Assembly (NCBI GenBank): GCA_964470365.1
Contig: CAYYCO010000002.1
Coordinates: forward strand, 1,173 to 65,172
Length of the DNA: 64,000 nucleotides
Reading direction: 5' to 3'
DNA from: an uncultured Anaeromyxobacteraceae bacterium
Lineage (GTDB): Bacteria > Myxococcota_A > UBA9042 > DTJE01
Below are positions 28,801-36,763 of the stretch, in pieces. Below the pieces are notes generated by a model, which ran no database searches, was not told the origin of the DNA, and saw only the letters and a list, made by a program, of their open reading frames with translations. Position 1 is the first letter of the stretch. Every line of letters begins with the position of its first letter. A program made the position numbers and the translations under genes.

Positions 28801-28923
28801 CTGGCCCTGTCCACCATCCTGACCCTGTACGTGGTGCCGACTATTTATTACATGTCTTTCCGTGGCGAGTACCGCAGCCGCGACGCCGTACCCCCAGCAG
28901 AACCGCAGCCGCAGCAAGCATGA
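25849..28923 (+). CDS. RND efflux permease (AcrB/HAE1 family)
   Basis: 1024 aa, 12 TM helices with two large periplasmic loops. Typical AcrB N-terminus MNIPRFALNNRVIIWIL. Confidence 0.95.
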   Translation: MNIPRFALNNRVIIWILVVAMMAWGLWTYNTISRREDPEVKIAYALVYAIWPGKGAEDIERMVTTKLEDEIEKLGSLKTMSSITRENIALVFVNITYNSNEQLEWQRLRNLVNEARPNLPSGLMGPFVLDDLGDVTSMVYSLSSDTATPSELKEWADRLRREVRSVESVGKVSFLGEQEEVIYIEGPMESFSLYNFSPLTASKILDFTNVNLPAGYVRTHEQDLRLDTSGAFGAVEQIENAVIDVSRDTGAPLKVKDVFSVRSAYREPPNSMMRTMGLPSVGVDIKMKDGYNVVAMGRDVKKAVAAFEKDLPKNIRLTLIHDQPREVDEFVGLFMENLFEGLVIVILVMLTLMGIRSTLIVAVSLPLAIMATIALMPALKIDLEMVSIASFIVALGMLVDNSIIMIDNIHVRMEHGDSPVDAAVNGTHELMIPALTGTLATCIAFLPLLLLKEEIGSYTRSLPWIITISMLFSYLIAATIIPILAARFVKVKKVDVETRQNRPVARFYNRLMRGGLRFRYVVVAVTLLALAGSILMIPVVGISFFPTWDRDQFTIDVRLPAGAGVAKTTEIVELVEARLATEPEIVNYAAYVGEGGPRFQIAVMPEFNAPNYARFMVTTRDKEVTRALVARLRDEFRATIPGARVTPQNLLLAIPVEAPIAIKIEGPDIDVMRSVSQQIQGILKSIPGTDMVRDDLGQEIESLSVNVDSEAALMAGISNTEVALAMLTAQEGLPVTEIRTQEKKIPVVLRSDEAARQGNRTLDELRVTSVATGAKVPLSAIADIRPAWAPGVIHRRDNHRVVTVLSDVSGRLASDVMKDAWPRIKSLKIPSGYKLLSEGEEKERTKAFNQLIVIFIIIVLAIMFMLTIQFKSIKKSLVIMSSVPLAIIGAVIGLYISGSSIGFMEFLGIVSLAGMVIKNAVVWVEFVDQSLKAGHRFSDSIVQAGIARFRPIVLTAGTTIGGLIPLGLFGGPLWEGLAWAMVAGLALSTILTLYVVPTIYYMSFRGEYRSRDAVPPAEPQPQQA

Positions 28924-30763
28924 CCGCGACCGGCAGCGGGGCCGCCCGGCCGCCGGAGCATCCGCCCGCCGGGCATTCGCAGGGCGTCCGGTCGGGTTCG
29001 CATGCGGTTTCGTCGGTTCCGGCCACGTCCGGCGCGTCGACGGACTGGACCGCGTCCGCGTCATCGACCTCGATCCGCTCGGCCACGAACGGCAGGTCGT
29101 CTTCCGCCGGTTCCGCAACGACGGGCGCCCATTCATCGCCGCCGGTCAAGTTGATAACCAGGCCGCCGAAGCCGGCAGCCACCGTGAGCGTGCCGGAAAC
29201 GGGCACGATATCCTCGGAAGAAAGCGGCACGAAATACCCTGGGTTCGGTTCGTATCGCGGTGAGCTGCTTCCGGCGATCGACAGCCGCAGCGAGTGGCCG
29301 GACGGCAGTTCGACCGCGACCGGGCCGAGTCCGATCTCAACGTCGTAAGCCTGTCCCGGAACGACCGGCGCCGCGGCTGCGTTGTCTGCGAGGAACCGAC
29401 CTCGAACCGCACCGTCGGCAAGCAGCATGACCGCACCGTCCGGCGTGACCTGGCTGAGCCTGGCCACGACGTCGCCGTCATTTCCCGAAAACACGACCCG
29501 CAGGCGGGCCGAGACATCACCCTCGACCAGCGTGTCCGCGGCCACCGGTTCCGTCTGGAACCAGACGACGTCCTGGCGCGCGTCGATGGCCGCCTGGTCG
29601 AAAATGCCGGCCGGCGTCGTCAGGTTGCCGCCACCCCTGGACGGCACAGGATCCAGCGGATTCACGGGGATCTCGATCCACGACGGCTCGAACGGGGGCA
29701 GGCCGGGGGCAAGGGTCCGGTCGGGCATGGTCGAAAGCACGACCTCGCGGCCGGCCGGGGGCCAGCGGTCAGCGGTCCGCCAGGACCCGACCGCGTGGAA
29801 TCCATCGTCGGACAGCCTGCTCCTGAAATACCGTATCGGAGCCCAGGCCGGCCTTTCACCCTCGAGCAGGGTCCATTCCATGAACTCCAGGATATCGAAC
29901 CAGACCAGGTCGTAAGACGCGCCCCTTATGAATTCGACCTCGCCCTCCATCACGGGACTGCCCTCGGCGAACGCCATGCCGCCGTGCGTCCAGGGGCCCA
30001 TCACGATGAACTGGTCCGCGCGTGAACCGGGCGCGACCTGGTCCTGCATATCGCGGTGCATCCTGAGCTGGCTGTGACTGAAAATGTCGAAGAAGCCGCC
30101 GATGTGGAATATCGGGAAATCAATCCTGGCCCGCTCCTCCGGCGTAAGGCGCCCGCGATCCCAGTACGGGCCGCGGGCCTCGTTTGCACGCCATCCGGCC
30201 AGCACTTCCGGGGCGACAAGGCCGTCCAGCCAGGCGGTGGTCATTTCCTGGCGCCAGACGCCATTGCCGATCATGCCCTCGTACACGTCGTCGGTCGCGA
30301 CGAACGGGATCATCCCGACGAGGCCCTGCGGCCCCTCCCCGGCGGCCATGAGCTGCACGACCCCTTCAGCCGAGCCGCCGAACGTGCATACGCGGCCGTT
30401 AGACCAGGGCTGCGAAGCCGCCCACTCGATCGCCGCGCGTCCATCGGCGGCGTCCGTCAGGAACGGCAGGAAGACGCCCCCGCTGGCGCCGCGTCCCCTG
30501 ACGTCCTGGGTGACGTAAACATATCCAAGCGAACTGAATCCGGCAGCGTCCGATTCCTGCACGATCCTGCCGTACGGCGTCCGTCGCAGTACCACGGGCC
30601 AGCCGCCTTCGGGCATTTCGCCGGCCGGCAGCCAGACGTCGGTCGCCAGCGCGGTATCGGCGTCCACAGGAACCATTTCGGTCTGAAGCGTCTGAGCGCC
30701 CGCGGAAGACGACGCGACGACCACAACGAGTACAGGCAGAAATCCCGCCGCGAAACGAACCAT
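28841..30763 (-). CDS. CocE/NonD (X-Pro dipeptidyl-peptidase S15) family hydrolase with MYXO-CTERM-like C-terminal sorting tail
   Basis: Signal peptide. ...TPYGR...YVYVTQDVRGRGASGG... S15-like core. C-terminal ...CECPAGGCSGG-hydrophobic-RRRG. Track start is TTG at 30781. First ATG at 30763. Confidence 0.75.
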   Translation of the reverse strand: MVRFAAGFLPVLVVVVASSSAGAQTLQTEMVPVDADTALATDVWLPAGEMPEGGWPVVLRRTPYGRIVQESDAAGFSSLGYVYVTQDVRGRGASGGVFLPFLTDAADGRAAIEWAASQPWSNGRVCTFGGSAEGVVQLMAAGEGPQGLVGMIPFVATDDVYEGMIGNGVWRQEMTTAWLDGLVAPEVLAGWRANEARGPYWDRGRLTPEERARIDFPIFHIGGFFDIFSHSQLRMHRDMQDQVAPGSRADQFIVMGPWTHGGMAFAEGSPVMEGEVEFIRGASYDLVWFDILEFMEWTLLEGERPAWAPIRYFRSRLSDDGFHAVGSWRTADRWPPAGREVVLSTMPDRTLAPGLPPFEPSWIEIPVNPLDPVPSRGGGNLTTPAGIFDQAAIDARQDVVWFQTEPVAADTLVEGDVSARLRVVFSGNDGDVVARLSQVTPDGAVMLLADGAVRGRFLADNAAAAPVVPGQAYDVEIGLGPVAVELPSGHSLRLSIAGSSSPRYEPNPGYFVPLSSEDIVPVSGTLTVAAGFGGLVINLTGGDEWAPVVAEPAEDDLPFVAERIEVDDADAVQSVDAPDVAGTDETACEPDRTPCECPAGGCSGGRAAPLPVAVMLAAAAVLLGVRRRGCGTRHGKTCNK

Positions 30764-30839
30764 GGCGCCCCCGGAGAACAAATGGACAGGGTAGGATTAT
30801 AACTGCGGCAACGTGGGAACGGTTGGCAATGTCCGACGA

Positions 30840-31826
30840 TTATTCGGGATCGGCGTAGGTAACGGTTTGGGTGTAGAACGAGCCCTTCAGCGCGAAGCCC
30901 TCGTTGACCGAGTCGCCGTTCATGTCGCAGTTCAGCGGAACGCCGAAACCGACGACGACGCCGCCGAAATTGGTCCACGGCATGGCGCCGCAGTGGTGTT
31001 CACAGTAAGACGCCTCGCAGGGAACGGGGGTGACCGACGGATCGGGCGTCACGCTGTCCCACAGGCTGTAATCGGGTGCCGTGAGGAAGTCGCAGATTTC
31101 GCAGGCGGCGTCCTTGCTGATGCAGCCGTCAAGTTCCCCGTCAACCATGCCGGTGCACGTGTCGTTGAAGCGGCCGGCCGCGTGCAGCATGCGGATGGGT
31201 ACGGTGTTCTGCGGCAGGTCGAGCGCCTCGTTGCCGCCGGAGCAGATGAGCCACTTTTCAACCGGGCCCGGACGGAAGTTCAAGTAGGGCTTCGAATTGT
31301 CGACCGGGCTGTTGATCGTTTCGAAATTGCACTGGGCATCGACCCTGATGTAGACGGTCGACGTGTACTCCATGACGTTGAAAAAGAATGATTCCGGCAC
31401 CTTGCCATGATCGATGGCCACGACTTCGTCGAACGGAAGATTGTGCCAGGCGGAACCGGCCGTCGCCTTCAGCAGCAGGCCGTCGCCGTCCTGGGTCACT
31501 TCCTCGATCTTCAGCATGATGTTTAGGCGGTAGTCCACGATGTCCGGCGCCCAGATGCCGTTGAGCAGGTTGGGCAGTTCCATCGGTGTCGACGGTTCGG
31601 TCACGTCGAGCTGCCTGAACAGGTAGGTCTGGCCGGCGGCAAGGCACGACAGGCAGGCATTCGACTGGGTCGTGTCCCGGACGGCGGTGTCTTCCTGAAC
31701 CTGGGTGTCCTCGACCTGCACGACATCCTGCGGATTACCGGTGTCATCGGGATTTTCGTCATCGTTACAGGCAGCGGCGAACGCCGCCACGCAACCAGCA
31801 AGAACCAGAATCCGGAATGCTTTCAC
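30840..31826 (-). CDS. Hypothetical lipoprotein
   Basis: GTG start with GAGGTG upstream. LAGC lipobox. Cys-rich secreted protein. Confidence 0.55.
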   Translation of the reverse strand: MKAFRILVLAGCVAAFAAACNDDENPDDTGNPQDVVQVEDTQVQEDTAVRDTTQSNACLSCLAAGQTYLFRQLDVTEPSTPMELPNLLNGIWAPDIVDYRLNIMLKIEEVTQDGDGLLLKATAGSAWHNLPFDEVVAIDHGKVPESFFFNVMEYTSTVYIRVDAQCNFETINSPVDNSKPYLNFRPGPVEKWLICSGGNEALDLPQNTVPIRMLHAAGRFNDTCTGMVDGELDGCISKDAACEICDFLTAPDYSLWDSVTPDPSVTPVPCEASYCEHHCGAMPWTNFGGVVVGFGVPLNCDMNGDSVNEGFALKGSFYTQTVTYADPE

Positions 31827-32017
31827 GAGGCACCTCGCAAAGTGATGCGGGGATTATACATTTATGGTTTCGCGGGGCAACATCCGGTTTTAACGACGGT
31901 TCGGAAACCATCGATTCCGCCCCGAGGATGAACCTTGACCTCGCGGGCGCGTGCTGGTAACTTCCCGAAGCGGTGAAAGTCGTCACAGTTTTATTCCCTG
32001 ATTTGCGTGGTGCATCA

Positions 32018-33610
32018 ATGATTTCGAAGATGGTCAGGATCATTCCGGCGCTGGCGGCGGTCGCGGCGCTTGCCATTCCAGCGGGCGCCGTGTCGGCCGG
32101 ATTCGAATACGGGCCGCAGGGGCTTCACGCCGTCGGGCGCGGCGGCGCGTTCACGGTCGCGGCGGACGACGCGTCGGCCGTGTACTGGAACCCGTCCCGG
32201 CTCGCGTTGTTCAACGGCACCCAGGCCTACGTCAGCCTGAACATGTCGTACCTCGACATGTCCTTCAAGCGGGCCGACGCCAGTCTCCGGCATGTGTCAC
32301 GAGATCCCGCGACCGGCCAGGTCGTCTACGGCGACTACTACGACGCGGCGACCCAGGCGGCGAAGGGATACCCTCACAGCTTCGACACGGTTGAAAACTC
32401 GGACAAGCTCTTCCCGCTCGGGGCTTCGATCTTCCTGGTCAGCGACTTCGGACTGGAGGACTGGGGCTTCGGAATCGGGTTCCATGCGCCGACCGCCAAC
32501 GGCAAGGTCACGTTCCCGAACGCGTTCGACGCCGCCAACAAATACATGTTCAGCGGCATGGACACGATCGTCGGTTACGTGGATTTCAGCGCCGCCTGGA
32601 AATACAAGGAATGGTTCGGCCTGGGCGTGACGTTCCAGTATGTCATGGTGCCCTACCTGAAGTACCAGATGGCCATCATGGGTCCCGCCGCCTACATCAA
32701 CCAGAACACCCCGGTAAACAACTCGAACGACATCGTTACCGACGTCAACGTGTCCGACTGGGGCTCGTTCTCGATGCTGGCCGGTTTCTGGGTCCGCCCG
32801 TTCCAGATGTTCAAGGGCATGAAAAAATTCGAGATCGGCTTCAACGCCCGCGTCGTGCCGTACGATGTCAAGGCAACCGGCGACATCACGATTTCCGGCA
32901 ACGAACAGTCGGTCTACTACAACTACAAATCGACGATCCCGGGCGAACTCAGCTTCACGTTCCCGTGCCACATCCAGACCGGCATCAGGTACGCGTACGA
33001 CTGGGAAGGGCGGGAACTGTTCGATATCGAGGTCGACTACGTCTGGGAAAACTGGGCGGCGATGGACAACTTCTACATGAAGATGCTCGACGAGGTCGCC
33101 GGACCCGGCGTAACCCTGTCCGCCATGGACGTCACGATTCCGCGAAACAACGTCGACACGCACAGCGTCAGGCTTGGCGGCCAGTACAATGCCATCGATC
33201 CGTGGCTGACCGTCCGTCTCGGGACCTGGTGGGAATCCGCCGCGCAGCCGTACGCATGGACCAACCTTGACCTGCCCTCGTGGGAACGGTTCGGCATCGC
33301 GGTCGGCGCGTCGACCAACATCTACGGTTTCGAAATCGGATTCTCTTACAACCACATCTTCCAGATGCCCCGCGACGTGACGGACGGCGGTATTACCCAG
33401 CAGATCATGGACATCACAAGCGTCGACGGTCAGCCCGGCACCGTCATCCGCAAGGGCTACGTGGTTAACAACGGCCATTACGAAAGCAGCATCGACGTCT
33501 TCACCATCGGCCTCAGCTACACGCACAAACCGAAAAAGCACGTGCAGCCGATCGACGACATCGTCGAGGTTGGTTCCCCGGAAGCCGTGGACGCGCCTGC
33601 AGTCGACTAG
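32018..33610 (+). CDS. Outer-membrane hydrophobic-compound channel, OMPP1/FadL/TodX family
   Basis: Signal peptide, then GFEYGPQGLHAVGRGGAFTVAADDASAVYWNPSRLA (FadL N-terminal hatch/NPA-like motif). Beta-strand-rich. Track start is 31973. Coordinates here are +/-1 because my base count disagreed with the track by one between 31921 and 31981. Confidence 0.75.
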   Translation: MISKMVRIIPALAAVAALAIPAGAVSAGFEYGPQGLHAVGRGGAFTVAADDASAVYWNPSRLALFNGTQAYVSLNMSYLDMSFKRADASLRHVSRDPATGQVVYGDYYDAATQAAKGYPHSFDTVENSDKLFPLGASIFLVSDFGLEDWGFGIGFHAPTANGKVTFPNAFDAANKYMFSGMDTIVGYVDFSAAWKYKEWFGLGVTFQYVMVPYLKYQMAIMGPAAYINQNTPVNNSNDIVTDVNVSDWGSFSMLAGFWVRPFQMFKGMKKFEIGFNARVVPYDVKATGDITISGNEQSVYYNYKSTIPGELSFTFPCHIQTGIRYAYDWEGRELFDIEVDYVWENWAAMDNFYMKMLDEVAGPGVTLSAMDVTIPRNNVDTHSVRLGGQYNAIDPWLTVRLGTWWESAAQPYAWTNLDLPSWERFGIAVGASTNIYGFEIGFSYNHIFQMPRDVTDGGITQQIMDITSVDGQPGTVIRKGYVVNNGHYESSIDVFTIGLSYTHKPKKHVQPIDDIVEVGSPEAVDAPAVD

Positions 33611-33654
33611 TTCCAGGACACTGTCCGGACTGACCCACACCAGGAGGCTTGGCG

Positions 33655-34554
33655 ATGAACACCGGCGTCACCACCAGGATCGACACGGATCTGTGCATCG
33701 GGTGCGGCGAATGCGTCCGCGTATGTCCGCAGGACACGATTTCCATGGTTGACGGGCGCGCGGCCGTGACCGGCCGGCGATCCCTGAACTGCGGCCACTG
33801 CGCGGCAATATGTCCCACCGGCGCGGTGGTGGTCGGCAGCCTGGATCCCTGGATGCAGGAATTCAACGGCTTCACGATGAACCGGGACTGGCGCGAATAC
33901 GGCTGCGGCGGCACCGCGGAACTGGCACGCCTGATGGCATCGCGGCGCTCCACACGCCATTACACCGACAGGGACGTGCCGGCCGGGGCGCTGGAAGACC
34001 TCGTCAAGATCGGCTGCCTGGCACCGTCCAGCACGAACAGCCAGGTCTGGACGTATTCAATACTGCCTTCTCGCGCGCACCTGCTTGCGGTCGGCCGCCT
34101 GGCCATGGAATTTTTCGAAAAGCTGAACCGGATGTCCGCGAATCCTCTCCTCAGGGCGTTTTCCGGCCAGCTCCGCTTTTACCACCGTGAATACGCGGCC
34201 CAGGTCGCGGAAGGTATCGCGGAATTCAAGGCCGGCAAACGTGACATGCTTTTCCACGGTGCGCCGGCCGCCATCGTTATCGGCGCGAAGCCGGGCGGAT
34301 CCGGCCCCTGCGAGGACGCTTTGCTGGCGTCGCAGAACATCATGCTGGCGGCGCACACGATGGGCTTCGGGACTTGTCTGATCGGCATGGCGGTCGAGGC
34401 GGCCAGGCATGATCCGCGAATTCATTCCGCTCTGGGTTTCAACGCGGGCGAACGCGTCTATTCGATGATCGTGGTCGGCGAACCGGACGAACCCTGGCGA
34501 CACGTGGCCGGCAGGATGAGGGCCGATATCCGCACCGCGAAACCGCTGAATTGA
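33655..34554 (+). CDS. 2x[4Fe-4S] ferredoxin domain fused to nitroreductase-family domain
   Basis: CIGCGECVRVCP and CGHCAAICP motifs, then a nitroreductase-like fold. AGGAGG 7 nt before the ATG at 33655. Track begins at TTG 33649. Confidence 0.75.
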   Translation: MNTGVTTRIDTDLCIGCGECVRVCPQDTISMVDGRAAVTGRRSLNCGHCAAICPTGAVVVGSLDPWMQEFNGFTMNRDWREYGCGGTAELARLMASRRSTRHYTDRDVPAGALEDLVKIGCLAPSSTNSQVWTYSILPSRAHLLAVGRLAMEFFEKLNRMSANPLLRAFSGQLRFYHREYAAQVAEGIAEFKAGKRDMLFHGAPAAIVIGAKPGGSGPCEDALLASQNIMLAAHTMGFGTCLIGMAVEAARHDPRIHSALGFNAGERVYSMIVVGEPDEPWRHVAGRMRADIRTAKPLN

Positions 34555-34586
34555 CGCGCCCGTCCCGTGCCGATTATCATCCGCGA

Positions 34587-35276
34587 ATGAACCTCTCGAA
34601 ATACGGCGCAATCTTCGATCTCGATGGAACTCTCGTGGCGTCGGAGGTTCTTTACCAGCGGGCCACGTCCTGGATCCTGAAGAAGGCCGGCCGCTCGCTG
34701 GACGAACTATCCCCAGCCGAAAAGGCAGCGATTCCGGGCAGATCCGCACTGGAAAACATGCGTTTCTACTGTTCGAAATTCGATCTGCCCTGGGCGCCCG
34801 AATTCCTGGTCGCCAAACGGATGGAACTGGTCGAATCGCTTGTCCGCGGACAGGGCGTGATGCTCATCCCTGGCGTCTTCGAATTCTGCGAAACCCTCAA
34901 GACCGCAGGATTCGGCATGGCTGTCGCCTCGTCGTCGCCGGCGCCCTACGTCCGGCTCATCCTTGAGGTGACCGGGATGAACGGCTTTTTCGACACGGTC
35001 CTGTCGGGCGACGACGTGACGCGCCACAAACCGGATCCTGAAATATTCCTGGCCGCAGCCGGCAGGCTGGACGTACCGCCGCGTCAGTGCGTGGTATTCG
35101 AGGATGCGGATTCCGGCCTGCGCGCCGCCAGGGCGGCCGGAATGAAATCGATACTGATCGAAAACGACACGATCCTGCCGCAGCAGCGACTCAACGCCAC
35201 GAGGGTCGTTCCGCACTACTGCGGCCTGGGTGTCCCGGATGTCAAACGCGTGATTGACGGCCTGATAATTATGTAG
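34587..35276 (+). CDS. HAD-IA family hydrolase (beta-phosphoglucomutase/phosphatase-like)
   Basis: IFDLDGTL motif I, S/T motif II, K...VFEDADSG motif III/IV. The track TTG at 34551 is replaced by the ATG at 34587. Confidence 0.8.
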   Translation: MNLSKYGAIFDLDGTLVASEVLYQRATSWILKKAGRSLDELSPAEKAAIPGRSALENMRFYCSKFDLPWAPEFLVAKRMELVESLVRGQGVMLIPGVFEFCETLKTAGFGMAVASSSPAPYVRLILEVTGMNGFFDTVLSGDDVTRHKPDPEIFLAAAGRLDVPPRQCVVFEDADSGLRAARAAGMKSILIENDTILPQQRLNATRVVPHYCGLGVPDVKRVIDGLIIM

Positions 35277-35331
35277 GGACGAACGACGATTCGCCCTCCC
35301 AAGGGGGAAAAATCCCCTTCTGGACAACGAC

Positions 35332-36753
35332 ATGACGATTCGGGATCTTCCGCGAACCATCGGTCTGACCACGGCGACCGCCATCGTGGTCGGCTCGGTC
35401 ATCGGTTCAGGCATCTTCAAAAAGACGGCGGCCATGACCGACGCATTGCCTTCGCCGGCGCTGGTGCTGGCCGTGTGGGTGCTGGCCGGCGCGGTTTCGC
35501 TGGTCGGGGCCTTCTGCGCAGCCGAGCTTTCGGCGGCGTGGCCCGACGCCGGCGGCCTTTACGCACACCTGAAGAGGATCCTCGGGCCGTTCTGGGGGTT
35601 CCTTTACGGGTGGTCGACGCTTTCGGTGATTCAGACCGGTTCCATCGCGTCGATCGCCTACGTCTTCGCGCAGTACCTCCGATATTTCATTCCGTGGGGC
35701 GACGTGCCTCCGGAACTTGCCGGGTGGGGCGTCAACTTCGGCGGGGTGTTCGATCTCTATCCGCTGCGCGACCTCGGGACCAAGGCCGTGGCCATCGCAT
35801 GCATCTGGGTCCTGTCCATCATCAACATCGTCGGGGTCCGGCCGGGGGCTTTCGTCCAGGACGTCTTCATGTACCTGAAGTTCCTGATAATGGCCGGTAT
35901 CGTGGTGGTCGCGGCTTTCGGCGCCGGACACCTGATGCATGCCCTCGGGGGACCGCTGTTCCCCCCTGAAATCAGCCCGCCCTCCCTGGGCGGCAGCGCA
36001 TCGTGGACCGCCTTGCCCGGGGCGGTCGCCATCGCACTTTCGGGCGCTTTCTGGGCATATGACGCATGGATCTGCGCGACGTACATGGCGGCAGAAGTAC
36101 GCGAACCGCAGCGCAACATGCCAAGGGCGCTGCTGCTGGGCATGGGCGCTGCGACCGTGTGTTACATCCTGGTCAACGCGGCATACTTCCATCTTCTTTC
36201 GGTGACGGAAATCCGGACCTCGACGCTGGTGGCGTCGGACGCGCTCGGCAGGGTGCTGCCCGCGGCCGGGGCTTTCGTCGCGGCGGCCGTGGTCCTGTCG
36301 ACGTTCGGCACCATCAACGGCACGGCGATGTCGTCGGCCCGGGTGTACCACGCGCTTTCGCGTGACGGCCTGTTTTTCAGGGCACTTGCGGACGTGCACC
36401 CGGAAAGGCGCACGCCGCACGTGGCGCTTCTGGTTCAGGCCGCGTGGTCGTCCCTGCTCGTCTTTTCGGGGACGTTCGACCAGGTCACGGACATGCTGAT
36501 CTTCGTTTCCTGGGGCTTTTACGCGCTGCTGGCCCTCGCGGTGATCGTCGGCCGGAAACGCTTCCCCGACGCAGCAAGGCCCTTCCGAACCCCCGGATAC
36601 CCCTGGCTGCCGGCCATCTTCATCGCGTTTTCACTGGCCTACCTGGTGTTTTCCGTGGTGGCCAACACCAGGAACGCCTTGATGGGCCTGCTGCTGGTGC
36701 TGCCCGGCATCCCCTTCTTCCTGTATTTCCGTAAAAGGGGCGTCCCGGCCTGA
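35332..36753 (+). CDS. APC-superfamily amino acid permease
   Basis: 12-TM protein with typical APC N-terminus ...LGLTTATAIVVGSVIGSGIFK.... Confidence 0.85.
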   Translation: MTIRDLPRTIGLTTATAIVVGSVIGSGIFKKTAAMTDALPSPALVLAVWVLAGAVSLVGAFCAAELSAAWPDAGGLYAHLKRILGPFWGFLYGWSTLSVIQTGSIASIAYVFAQYLRYFIPWGDVPPELAGWGVNFGGVFDLYPLRDLGTKAVAIACIWVLSIINIVGVRPGAFVQDVFMYLKFLIMAGIVVVAAFGAGHLMHALGGPLFPPEISPPSLGGSASWTALPGAVAIALSGAFWAYDAWICATYMAAEVREPQRNMPRALLLGMGAATVCYILVNAAYFHLLSVTEIRTSTLVASDALGRVLPAAGAFVAAAVVLSTFGTINGTAMSSARVYHALSRDGLFFRALADVHPERRTPHVALLVQAAWSSLLVFSGTFDQVTDMLIFVSWGFYALLALAVIVGRKRFPDAARPFRTPGYPWLPAIFIAFSLAYLVFSVVANTRNALMGLLLVLPGIPFFLYFRKRGVPA

Positions 36754-36763
36754 TACGCCTTCG

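Noticed and set aside
31921-31981. Apparent 1-nt register disagreement between my base counting and the ORF track (both strands) in this stretch
   Set aside because: Most likely my own reading or counting error rather than biology. Coordinates of the FadL-like start are therefore given +/-1.
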